DNA of 64,000 bases, from the NCBI RefSeq assembly GCF_902652985.1, contig NC_047016.1:10912001-10976000 (forward strand), read 5' to 3'. A program made the translations under genes and the position numbers. The notes beneath the pieces were generated by a model. It was not told the DNA's origin and searched no databases. It saw only the letters and a program-made list of their open reading frames with translations. Source of the DNA: Pecten maximus (Eukaryota). Below are positions 39,932 to 52,960 of the stretch, in pieces (positions within the stretch are counted from its first letter, which is position 1; every line of letters begins with the position of its first letter).

Positions 39932-41064
39932 TATATCAAAATACAAATGTGTCTAAAAATACTTTTAAAAGCTGCTAGGTAATTTTTGTTTATTTATTTA
40001 TCTCTTTGAGTATCTAAGTAAAAGCTCATGTAAAGATTTTCTTTCTACTACAAATGTTCTTCTTTTCCAAATTTCAGCAGAAACACATCACTGCAGAGAA
40101 AGGTGCCGGAAATTAAAAAGAAATACCAAAACATCAAGCAGAAAGGTATGATAGTGTTCATTGAACATTATGTTGTTGACATTAGATTTTTATTTATGAG
40201 ATCAACATCATGTTTTAACATAGAACTTAGCATTTTTGAATTCTATAACATGAATGTAGTTATGAAAGCATCATAAACGGTGTATGAAACATAGTTATGT
40301 AAGATACCGGTATTTACATGTTACAAAAATCTTGTTTAATAGCACTGCATCACACTTCCTATTCTCCACAGATAAGATTTATCCTTAAATGCTTAATTGA
40401 CTGTCTATGTTTTAGAATAATCTAAGATGTAGTCAAATTTTTCATTTGAATGTTTCCATCCATCCTTTTGTCTTTATATCAATTGTCCGAGCTCTATGTC
40501 CTACACTGCTTGTCACTGAAACCTCATACCTGGGCCATAAGTTCACCCAAGTCAGGTGGTGTGTCATTTGTGAAATGTAGGTCACTGTGATATACAATGC
40601 ATTTTGACTTTTGACCTATATCTGTATTATCAAACAAATTTCCTGTCTGATCAGCTGCTTATCTTGTCATTGAAACTTCAAACTTGGTATCAATTTCATT
40701 GAACTCCTGATATACACTACCCCAGTAATTAAGATTAGGAAAATCTATGAATTAATTCACATTTTAACCCAGATGTTATATACGACAAATTACTTTGTAT
40801 ATGGCCTAAATGTAAACAGTACTGAGCCCAGTGACAGATGGGCAGGGCTGAAATGGGTCAGTTTGAGTAAACTACATCAGGCTCCGGGATCATGAAACAG
40901 ACTTAAGTCTAAGTTTTGACTTAAGCTTAAGATTTTTGACTTAAGTCTGAAAACAGACTTAAATCGAGGTTCATGAAATAAAACTTAAGTCTTAAGTCTA
41001 TTTTTCAGTCTTAAATCCTAAGACTGCTACAGGGCAGACTTAAGTCCGTTTTTTTGTCTTAAAT

Positions 41065-44000
41065 ATGGCGGACATAGTAAGATTAGTTGATCGTCTGCGA
41101 CAACGAGAAGAAAGGAGAGCAGTTCGTCCGAGGACCTTTAGAGATCGGCTTAATCCTTTGGAGATGAGGACAGATGAGGAGTTGTACGCCAGGTACAGGT
41201 TCAGGAGACCCACCTTGCTATTTATTGTTCATTTGGTCGCCGATAGTATAACGCATCCAACGAGAAGATCCCAAAGTCTGCCTCCTCTCATACAGGTTCT
41301 CGTTTTTTTGAGATTTCTGGCGACAGGGGCATTTCACCAACTGATTGGCGACGCCATTCACATATCAAAGGCCACTGCTGGACGCTGCATCCGTCGTGTT
41401 GCGGACGTCCTCGTTAGATTGCGTGGGGATTTCATCAAATTCCCGACTGGGCAGGCGGCAGACAACACAAAACGTGCCTTTCACGCTATTGCAGGTGCGT
41501 ATTTCCAATTAAAAGACATAAATGATATCGAATCTAGTACCACAGACAAGTTTTGAGCGTTCCACTTGATGTAAACAATGTGACTGCAGCGCCCCCATCG
41601 ATAATTACGTCATATAGTACTATGTACCGTATCTAAACAAATAAACGCCCTCATTGTTATATATGTGTGTTATCAATCGTATGAGAAGGGTTTCCCTCTG
41701 TTATAAAAACATCGTTAACAACAAAAAATTGTCTAATCAGCTCTTTGCTGAAAGTCAACAATTGTGAAGCTTTGATCAATTAAAATTGCAGGTAGAAACA
41801 GTTCTAGATCAAATTATATGTTTGTTCTTATTTTTTTTTTTATTTCAAGATATTCATATGAAATGAAATATTGTTTTAATACTTATTAAGTGTACTATTT
41901 CAATTTCACAATTGTAATACTTCCATTTCATAGTGTACTTTGTCATTGTACAGTACATGTGCTTGTACATATCACTATGAATTTAAAAATAGTTAAAAAA
42001 CAAAACAAAAAAGAAAAATTATTTGTTTAATATAGCTTTTATTTGGGAAACAACTTAGGATTCATAACAGTAATTAAAATATATATATATTGCACATGCA
42101 TATGTACAGCTTCCTGTTTCAAGCAATTGATTGTCCTTGAAATAACATAAAAAGAAAATTTTGATCAAATGTCGTGATTCGAACCGAGCAAAATATCATT
42201 TGGGGCTTTCTGAAACTAGTTATATATGAATAAAAATTCAAGAACAAATGTGAAAATCTGCACAACTTAGGACCATGTGTAATGTGCATATTGAAATGAA
42301 ATAATTCTATCTAACTGCTTCAATTTAAGAGGAGGCCCATGGGCCTCAACAGTCACCTGAGTTTAGAAATATTAAAGTTAATTTAATTTACCCTGCTGGC
42401 CCCGCCCATCAGCTCAGGGCCAACGTGTGCATACCATCGAGCTGTCATCCCATGCTGATAATGTTAACAAAGTTATTATGAATTTCAATAAAATCAAACA
42501 ACTGATAGTCAAAAATTTGATTTCCCTATATAAACTATTGTAAAGTTTACCCCCTCCTCAGGGGCAAACGTGAGACCCCAGGAGCATGAAATTTACAATT
42601 TTGGTAAAGTACCTGAAGACTTTTCCATGCATATGAAGTGTACTATTTTTAGGCCAACACCACCATATGTGCAAATATTTACATAAGGAAGCGTTTTCTA
42701 AACTGCTGGCCAAAGACTGCAGTAATAAGTTCCACTAAAGAAACAAATTCATAATTCTAAAACTTCATTAAAATCTGGTTTTATTTTCATATTGTAGAAC
42801 TATTCTCTCAATATTAAACTACATGCATTTTGATATTGGAATAACACTATTTTCTTCAATCTTCACATTTAGAAGTAAAAAGTTTTAAACAGTTGTCGAA
42901 ATTGCAGGCCTCAGACCGCAAGTAATTACCATCTACGTTCTTTTTAAAAAAATTTTTATAGACAATCCATAAATTTACTCGACATGGGCCACTCATGATG
43001 ATCACAAAGACACTGAGACTGACTTTGAACTACAGGGAAAGTCTCAAAACATCATTTTAATAAAATGGCTATGTCAAACAAACAAACAAACAAACAATTT
43101 TCCTTCTCTCATTTGTATCATTATGTTTTTATTGGGTTTTTCGAAGAAGTTTTTTTTTTAAATTTCAGTTAATTTCAATTTCAACACATTTTATTGTCAT
43201 TTAATTCGACAAATGGATCTGACATCAGGCATAGCCTATTTAAGTCATCTCCATATAAACATATATACAGGTAACAATTTTTTAATCTCGAATATAACAG
43301 AAGTAGTATACATAATTTTATATATATTAACAGGAACATATATATGAATATCTCTTGGATATGACTTGTTAGCAGGACCCACTCGATGAGATCGGCTGAT
43401 GTTGGCCTCTGTAATCATGATACCAAGTTCATTTAAAATCATTTGACCCTTTTTGACATTGCCCATAAGCCAAAGGAGTCAGGCAGTTTATAAACTAAAA
43501 ATCTTGAATTGTGTATTTTTAAGGCATGCCACAGGTATTGGGATGCATTGATGGGACATTTGTCAGAATATCTACACCAAGAGAAAATGAACCTGACTAT
43601 GTCAATAGAAAAGGATTCCATTCTCTGAATGATCAGGTATAATGTGTAAAAATAGAAACTTTAATATTGATCAAGATTTCATGCAGAATGGATACCTTAA
43701 TTGCTACATGTATTTAAGAAAAGAATAGTTTTATCTGTGACAAGTACTGCATTCATGTTAGCTCACTGAAATGTATACATTGTATTTACCTGGTATTAAA
43801 TCTCAAATACATGCATACCACATTCCCCAATGTGAAGTCTATAATTCTTTCATTATTTAATATGAAAAAAAAACCACCTTTGAAATATGCATACTTATTT
43901 CACTTTCACAGATGGTCTGCAACAACAACTTCATCATAACCAACTGTGTGGCCCGTTGGCCTGGTTCATGTCATGACTCAAGAGTGTTCCGAGAAAGTCA

Positions 44001-44705
44001 GCTTTGTCATGACTTTGAAAATGGTAATAAACATTCATGTAAAACTATGTACTGTACCCTATAAAATTGATGTTACATCAATATATCAAGTTCATCAAAC
44101 AATATATATCATTTTCATTTGTTACAAATCATTTGTGGTATATCCAAATATTTATGAAGATTTAACAGTACATAATTATAATTTTGAATAAGAAGATATA
44201 TTACTTTTGAGAATTAAATTGAAAGTAATGTCACTTTACACAATGATATATCTATGAATGATGAATAAACAATGAAAAGAGAAACTTGAAGAAGCTATAA
44301 TCCTTAATTATAACAGACCTATACAGTGGATTCCTGCTAGGGGACTCAGGCTACCCTTGCCGCAGGTATTTGATGACACCATACAATCACACCAATGATA
44401 TTAGACACCGGGAGCGATTCAATGGAGCATTGTGTAGAACAAGAGTGGTCATCGAGCAGACGTTTGGAATTTTGAAGAGGCGCTTCAGCTGCCTATCAAT
44501 TGGTCTGAGAACAAACCCAAACAGAGCATGCAAATATATTGTGGCATGTGCCATATTGCACAACATAGGTATCTTAAGACAAGATATAGTATCAGAAACA
44601 GTTGATGACCTAGTAGTACAAGGCCCAGATGTTCTGGAACATAATCATTTAAATGAAAATGGATTTGGGATAAGAGAGAACATGGCAAGAAACCTTTTTT
44701 CTTAG
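41065..44705 (+). CDS. Harbinger DDE transposase (HARBI1-like), inverted copy, 347 aa; exons 41065-41494, 43524-43636, 43912-44023, 44317-44705
   Basis: 430+113+112+389=1044 nt open, GT-AG introns. Motifs [22 protein letters not shown](D)[38 protein letters not shown]. Confidence 0.92.
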
Positions 44706-45083
44706 TAATTTTCTATAGCTAGGTACTCTCTGGAGTGGGGCAGTGCAAGCATATATATATATATTTATGGGCCAGTGGGGTTAGAGTCACCATTCAAAAT
44801 CTGTTCCCCTTTTTCCAAAGATTTTTGTGACCAAATAAGATAAAAATCTATTCAGAACTTATAAGAGCAGTAATTTATAGGGCTTAGATTACCTCTATTT
44901 TCCCAATCAGACCCCGCCCATTCCGCACTTTGGGAGTCACCCCTTATGCAAAATCTGCTCCCTTCACCCAATGATGTTTCTGACCAAATTTGGTTAAAAT
45001 CCACAAAGTATTTTATGACTAGTAGCGGTTAAAAGAAAATGTTGACAGAACAAATTGTAGTGGAAAAGTTTCAGAAACATTAT

Positions 45084-46022
45084 TTATTCTTCAAAGGAAG
45101 GCTCAATTGCCTTAATTTGAAGAATAGCAAGATGTTTCTGAATCTTGACCAGTTCAATCCTCTCCAGAATCAGATTCCTTGCGTCTTTCACTCGGGCAAG
45201 TTCCTCCAACAATACTTCATCAGACAAATCTTTTTTCTGTTTTGATGATGTACATGTAGATGTGGCTGTATGTGGGGCTGTTAATCCATCTGTGTGTGTG
45301 GCTTGTGATGCTGCTGGGGAGATATAAGTTATTGGCATATCCATATCAACTCCTGAATAAGTTGGTAGGATGTTGATAAACCCAGGTGAAAGAGGCACTG
45401 AAAAAAAAGAATACATATGCATATGCATGTATACAATAAGATAAAGACAGCATTATCAACTCAATACCGTATTTTATCGGGTATAAGCCCATGATCAAGG
45501 ATAAACCCCCTCCCCCCTATTTTTCACTTTTTTTCTGCAAAGGCTCGGTAAGACATTTTATATGACATGGCAAAAAGACATCACAAAGAGATTTTGACAC
45601 CAACAATTGAATGATCTTTATTGGACCTTTTCCTTTTAATGTAAATCATTTGTTTTCTTATCGTCAAGTTTCAATATTGAGACATAAGAGAAACTGTATA
45701 AGTTTTTACTATATAACTCAAAATTGGCACAAGGAACTTGTCCGAAAGACCCACTTGAGTAATAGTAACAAGTACATTGACAGGTCAGAAAGGCCCATCA
45801 TGTGATGATATACATCATTGAAAAAAATTATTTAATGAATTGTATTTTGAGATATTTAATACCCTTTAACCATACCAGCAGTGTCAATTCCTTCAGAGAG
45901 TCCACAGAGACTTGGTCTTCCCTCCAGGTTCTGTAATACCAGCCTTTCTGGCACTGTTGGTGAAGCTGGTTTCTTGCCACCACCAGTCTTTGGGTGCAGT
46001 AATCCTGATCTTTTTTCTTTTG
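45084..46022 (-). pseudogene. Orphaned Myb/SANT exons 3-4 (45876-46022, 45084-45397)
   Basis: Reverse complement of 51644-52582, separated from the promoter and exons 1-2. Confidence 0.85.
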
Positions 46023-46131
46023 CTACAATATACAAATGTATTATATTACATCTCAGTTTGTATCAATCAAAATGTGCCTTGTGTTTCATTTTCACAAGGG
46101 GCCTAATGGCCTTATAGGTCAATGTGTTCTG

Positions 46132-46853
46132 GCCCCGGGATCATGAAGCAGACTTAAGTCTAAGACTAAACTTGGACTTAAGTCTTAAGATTTTACTTAG
46201 CTAAGACCGCAATCTTAAGTGGATCATGAAACGTGCTAAGCATAATCTTAGCTGAGACTAAACTTAAGTCGAAATCTATAGCAACGCGCGCGCTGATTCG
46301 CGTATTTGCGGTAATCCATTGGAACTCTTCAGCGCGGGAAACCATCTTCTGTCGTCTGCTGTCAATGTAAACAATGGAATCTGTCAACAGAGGGAGAAAG
46401 TCAAATTGGACCGGGGAGGAGGAGGTTATGCTCGTTGAAGAGGTTTCCAACAGCGAATCTCTGCTGTTTGGAAGGCACGATGGCGCCTCCAGGCCCCGGG
46501 ATCATGAAGCAGACTTAAGTCTAAGACTAAACTTGGACTTAAGTCTTAAGATTTTACTTAGCTAAGACCGCAATCTTAAGTGGATCATGAAACGTGCTAA
46601 GCATAATCTTAGCTGAGACTAAACTTAAGTCGAAATCTATAGCAACGCGCGCGCTGATTCGCGTATTTGCGGTAATCCATTGGAACTCTTCAGCGCGGGA
46701 AACCATCTTCTGTCGTCTGCTGTCAATGTAAACAATGGAATCTGTCAACAGAGGGTGAAAGTCAAATTGGACCGGGGAGGAGGAGGTTATGCTCGTTGAA
46801 GAGGTTTCCAACAGCGAATCTCTGCTGTTTGGAAGGCACGATGGCGCCTCCAG
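46132..46853 (+). repeat. Two tandem 361-bp left-end units (46132-46492 A allele; 46493-46853 T allele)
   Basis: Each begins at the TIR tip and ends at the same internal CAG. Confidence 0.95.
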
Positions 46854-47095
46854 GCCCCGGGATCATGAAGCAGACTTAAGTCTAAGACTAAACTTGGACT
46901 TAAGTCTTAAGATTTTACTTAGCTAAGACCGCAATCTTAAGTGGATCATGAAACGTGCTAAGCATAATCTTAGCTGAGACTAAACTTAAGTCGAAATCTA
47001 TAGCAACGCGCGCGCTGATTCGCGTATTTGCGGTAATCCATTGGAACTCTTCAGCGCGGGAAACCATCTTCTGTCGTCTGCTGTCAATGTAAACA

Positions 47096-50000
47096 ATGGA
47101 ATCTGTCAACAGAGGGAGAAAGTCAAATTGGACCGGGGAGGAGGAGGTTATGCTCGTTGAAGAGGTTTCCAACAGCGAATCTCTGCTGTTTGGAAGGCAC
47201 GATGGCGCCTCCAGGACACAGCAGACGAAGAGCAAAGTTTGGCAAGACATTGCCAATCGCCTGAATGCGTACGTATACAGTAGAGCTACCAAATTGTTGT
47301 GTGCTTGAAGTTTAATTGTTGTGATTCCTTAAAATAATGTTTATGCTGCTATATGTTAAACTGCATATTAGGTTGGGGACGCGTATCTGTCATGAATTCA
47401 GCGTGCCCTCAGTACTCTAGTCTAGAATGAATATCAATACCCTGACAACACTGCTCTCTGACGAAGATCTTCTGTCAGAAATCGTCCATCCATGTGTACT
47501 GTACTGGAAACCCTGTACTGTACACCTTCGAGAGTTTGAGGGATATTCACGTATCTAAGTAACTTATTTATACACATTTACCCGTCAAATTACTGTTGAA
47601 GTGCATGTAAAAAAATATTGACTTTTTAGAAGTTCTGACGTGATTATTTCTTAGATTATAGATGTTTATTATATTTGACTTTTATATAGATTCTACATAT
47701 GTTTGACAAAAAAAAATCGTTTTTTACTCAAATATTCAATAATTTCAAAATTCAATCCTCCTTAATTGTCAATTGATCTGATATTGATGAGCGGACATTT
47801 GTCTTCCATTGATGGCTCCAAATTATTTTATACAGGGAAAACACAATTTTACAGTTACGATAGCTTGTATGCCACACACATGTCTTTGTAGCAATATTAA
47901 TGATTGCAACTAGAATTAACTAGGGAGAAACACTGTTCAGGTTTTAGGAAATAACCTACATTATCTGTGTACATACAGCTGATATATGGGATTCATAATT
48001 AAAAGTATAATGTAAGCGACTAAAAATCAAAAAGTTACATTTACTGCACATGAAGATTGGTTTATTGTTTGCGCTGAAGCAATCCGCATAGCACTATTTC
48101 ACAGTATTTGAACCATAGAAAATGAGAGATGTTGTAAACATTAAAAAAATCCTCTCATTTGGTTGTAACACTAACAGGTTGTCAATAATGACAAGAAAAC
48201 CAGTCAGCAAATTGAGCAGTTTATTTATTAATTAATTTATAGATTTATGAATAGGCCTGCCTTGCAACAAACCTTATAAATACAAATATACAGTATCTAG
48301 ACTCTTAAACTCAAGGGAAACATCTCTCATTCTTGCCAAATATCATTTTACCACTTTAACTCTTTCTTTTTTTAAATTGTTTTATTTTTCAAAGCTTTTA
48401 ATACAGATACCATAAGACAGAACATAGAGGGACATACACACTTACCCATACACATTCCGATGTACACACACATAACTCGGGACATACATTTGTACATGTA
48501 TACACACTTACCCAGACACATTCCCATGTACACACACATAACTCGTGACATACACACACACTTACCAACACATATTCCCATGCTTACAGATAAATACTCC
48601 CATGCTTTATAATTATCATCACATTCTGCTCACCATTAAACAGTACAAATTAAGAAGCACCTACATGTACATACATATATATAAAACAAAATAGACAAAC
48701 AAAATGGAGACAAACAGACAGACAGATGAGAGAAAACTGAGACAGACAGGTAGAGAGGTTCCCATACACTTTTATTTACTGACAAGTTACTACTTACTAA
48801 TGTTTAGAAAATATGAATACAAGTTATAATTTCTAATATGGTGTTGTGCCATTAAAATATAAAGCAATATACTGTATATATATAACACATACAGGTATAT
48901 ATAAAGAAAAACTACATGTTCAAGTGCCATATTAGTCATATTTCTAACAAAGGCATCCACTTTCTCCAATTACTTTCAAACTTCTTTTGAATGTTATCAC
49001 TTTTACTTGAAATGATATACTTTTGTACATTATAATGATCTTTAATAACATTAATTAGTGCATTTATATTAAGAGTTTTATGAAGATATCCTGTTTTATA
49101 AATATCATGTTTAATAATTATTAGTATTTTATTATTTATTGTGAAGAAGCTACTCCAAAAAGTAGAGAATCTTTATTCATTAGAAATGGGATGATAAACA
49201 AAATATCAAGCAGAGCTTAAAATCTTTCAAAAAGAGTTTGAACTTCAATACATTCCCATAAGCAATGTAGTTATTGTTTCCCTTTCCTATTACACAGTGA
49301 GCAAATTGGAGTAGGATGTAAATTAATTCTTAAAAGAAATGTATTGGTTACTAAAATGTGGTGTAGAATTCTCACTTGAATTTGAAGTTTTGTACTTTTT
49401 GTTACAATAAAAGGAATTTTAAAGGTTTTTTCCCCATTTCTTTTTGTCATACTCAAATTCCTCATTCCATTTTATTGTACCTGTTGGTGTGATTGCAGGA
49501 GTTATCAAGCAGTTATACAAATCTATAGAGCCTTTTTTTTTCTAAAATTTTTTTTTTCAAATTCAAGGTATTTAACTCTTCTTATACACTTTCACAAATA
49601 TTACCATTTCAGTAAAACATCTGGCAGCTTTGTAGTTACATTGAAATGAATTTATAAAATCAAATTGGAAAAAACAACATTACTCGAAAATGATTCAATA
49701 ATAATAACTTCATACAGCAATAGAATTATTTAAATGCAGAACAAATCAAGCAAATAAATACAATATAACAAGTTAGTTACAACATTTCCTAAAAACATGT
49801 TTAAATTGTTTAAAATAAAAAAGTTCACTCTACCACATGATATTTATTCATTATAGATATATAGGTACTTTATTTTTTTCTGATTTCACAACAATTCTGT
49901 TATTACATATATATATTTGGTCTGAGAACAAACACAAACAGGAATATCAAATCTGAATATGTTGAGATTATATTTGTATTTATCCGGCAACTGTCGAAAT

Positions 50001-52582
50001 ACACTCACTATATTTATTGTTGCTGTGTACGGCAGTGACAGAAAGCATAAATACTATTTAAATAAATAAAAAATTCAAATGCACCAATTTAACACAGAAA
50101 ATTTATTTCATATTTTTAACATTGAATTTCTGAAAGTTTAGTGTATAGGCATTTTGGAAGCTTCCCAGTCAATGATTAGACTTGTTTTTAATTCTAATCA
50201 TCATCAGAAATATATGAATAAAGAAGATTAATATAAAATATCAATCCTATTAAAAGAAGACATACATGATTTAAATAAAACTGATTGTCACTGGCATAAT
50301 TGTAAATAAAACATAAACAAATTGAAATCATTTGATTTGTCTGAAGCTTAGAGAAAGGTTTGAGAAGATATAAGATAGATGATAATATAGCAACAAGATT
50401 TTTTAATATGAAGTTTAATGGTATGTATATGTAACCCTGGTAAATACTAGCCGCAATATACCGCTCGGCTAGAGAGATCTTCTCTTTAGCTCGATCGGAT
50501 GAGCGTAAGACTAGTAAGCCAGAGGTCCCGGGTTCGATCCCTAGCGGAGGCAGTGATTTAAATTCAATTAATCATGTGCTCTGTTACATATATCAAAATA
50601 CAAATGTGTCTAAAAATACTTTTAAAAGCTGCTAGGTAATTTTTGTTTATTTATTTATCTCTTTGAGTATCTAAGTAAAAGCTCATGTAAAGATTTTCTT
50701 TCTACTACAAATGTTCTTCTTTTCCAAATTTCAGCAGAAACACATCACTGCAGAGAAAGGTGCCGGAAATTAAAAAGAAATACCAAAACATCAAGCAGAA
50801 AGGTATGATAGTGTTCATTGAACATTATGTTGTTGACATTAGATTTTTATTTATGAGATCAACATCATGTTTTAACATAGAACTTAGCATTTTTGAATTC
50901 TATAACATGAATGTAGTTATGAAAGCATCATAAACGGTGTATGAAACATAGTTATGTAAGATACCGGTATTTACATGTTACAAAAATCTTGTTTAATAGC
51001 ACTGCATCACACTTCCTATTCTCCACAGATAAGATTTATCCTTAAATGCTTAATTGACTGTCTATGTTTTAGAATAATCTAAGATGTAGTCAAATTTTTC
51101 ATTTGAATGTTTCCATCCATCCTTTTGTCTTTATATCAATTGTCCGAGCTCTATGTCCTACACTGCTTGTCACTGAAACCTCATACCTGGGCCATAAGTT
51201 CACCCAAGTCAGGTGGTGTGTCATTTGTGAAATGTAGGTCACTGTGATATACAATGCATTTTGACTTTTGACCTATATCTGTATTATCAAACAAATTTCC
51301 TGTCTGATCAGCTGCTTATCTTGTCATTGAAACTTCAAACTTGGTATCAATTTCATTGAACTCCTGATATACACTACCCCAGTAATTAAGATTAGGAAAA
51401 TCTATGAATTAATTCACATTTTAACCCAGATGTTATATACGACAAATTACTTTGTATATGGCCTAAATGTAAACAGTACTGAGCCCAGTGACAGATGGGC
51501 AGGGCTGAAATGGGTCAGTTTGAGTAAACTACATCAGAACACATTGACCTATAAGGCCATTAGGCCCCTTGTGAAAATGAAACACAAGGCACATTTTGAT
51601 TGATACAAACTGAGATGTAATATAATACATTTGTATATTGTAGCAAAAGAAAAAAGATCAGGATTACTGCACCCAAAGACTGGTGGTGGCAAGAAACCAG
51701 CTTCACCAACAGTGCCAGAAAGGCTGGTATTACAGAACCTGGAGGGAAGACCAAGTCTCTGTGGACTCTCTGAAGGAATTGACACTGCTGGTATGGTTAA
51801 AGGGTATTAAATATCTCAAAATACAATTCATTAAATAATTTTTTTCAATGATGTATATCATCACATGATGGGCCTTTCTGACCTGTCAATGTACTTGTTA
51901 CTATTACTCAAGTGGGTCTTTCGGACAAGTTCCTTGTGCCAATTTTGAGTTATATAGTAAAAACTTATACAGTTTCTCTTATGTCTCAATATTGAAACTT
52001 GACGATAAGAAAACAAATGATTTACATTAAAAGGAAAAGGTCCAATAAAGATCATTCAATTGTTGGTGTCAAAATCTCTTTGTGATGTCTTTTTGCCATG
52101 TCATATAAAATGTCTTACCGAGCCTTTGCAGAAAAAAAGTGAAAAATAGGGGGGAGGGGGTTTATCCTTGATCATGGGCTTATACCCGATAAAATACGGT
52201 ATTGAGTTGATAATGCTGTCTTTATCTTATTGTATACATGCATATGCATATGTATTCTTTTTTTTCAGTGCCTCTTTCACCTGGGTTTATCAACATCCTA
52301 CCAACTTATTCAGGAGTTGATATGGATATGCCAATAACTTATATCTCCCCAGCAGCATCACAAGCCACACACACAGATGGATTAACAGCCCCACATACAG
52401 CCACATCTACATGTACATCATCAAAACAGAAAAAAGATTTGTCTGATGAAGTATTGTTGGAGGAACTTGCCCGAGTGAAAGACGCAAGGAATCTGATTCT
52501 GGAGAGGATTGAACTGGTCAAGATTCAGAAACATCTTGCTATTCTTCAAATTAAGGCAATTGAGCCTTCCTTTGAAGAATAA
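47096..52582 (+). CDS. Harbinger Myb/SANT-like DNA-binding protein, 233 aa; exons 47096-47268, 50735-50802, 51644-51790, 52269-52582
   Basis: 173+68+147+314=702 nt open, GT-AG introns (NAGNAG at exon 2). Motifs RKSNWT.EE..LVE, K.KVW..IA..LN, R..EIKKKYQN, KTGGG, GIDT and a C-terminal coiled coil. Confidence 0.9.
48365..49571 (-). mobile_element. Second copy of the L1/Tx1-like LINE fragment
   Basis: Duplicate of 37710-38914 at an offset of about 10,656. Confidence 0.75.
50430..50588 (+). mobile_element. Second copy of the 159-bp tRNA-bearing TGT...ACA element
   Basis: Duplicate of 39773-39931 with tata TSD. Confidence 0.7.
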
Positions 52583-52960
52583 ATAATGTTTCTGAAACTT
52601 TTCCACTACAATTTGTTCTGTCAACATTTTCTTTTAACCGCTACTAGTCATAAAATACTTTGTGGATTTTAACCAAATTTGGTCAGAAACATCATTGGGT
52701 GAAGGGAGCAGATTTTGGATAAGGGGTGACTCCCAAAGTGCGGAATGGGCGGGGTCTGATTGGGAAAATAGAGGTAATCTAAGCCCTATAAATTACTGCT
52801 CTTATAAGTTCTGAATAGATTTTTATCTTATTTGGTCACAAAAATCTTTGGAAAAAGGGGAACAGATTTTGAATGGTGACTCTAACCCCACTGGCCCATA
52901 AATGTATATATATATGCTTGCACTGCCCCACTCCAGAGAGTACCTAGCTATAGAAAATTA

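Larger units (their letters stand above)
36440..40145 (+). pseudogene. Harbinger Myb/SANT gene, exons 1-2 only (36440-36612, 40078-40145); exons 3-4 displaced to the minus strand by the inversion
   Basis: Same sequence as the intact copy; the inversion breakpoint at 40880/40881 lies in intron 2. Confidence 0.88.
40881..46128. mobile_element. Inverted copy of the Harbinger right arm (reverse complement of 51538-56784)
   Basis: Starts exactly at the right-TIR tip after CAG (40878-40880) and ends before CTG (46129-46131). Only a handful of differences from 51538-56784 seen. Confidence 0.96.

Noticed and set aside
41065-44705. Domesticated host HARBI1 gene
   Set aside because: It is flanked by TIRs/TSD and paired with a Myb gene, so it is a transposon gene; no symbol assigned.
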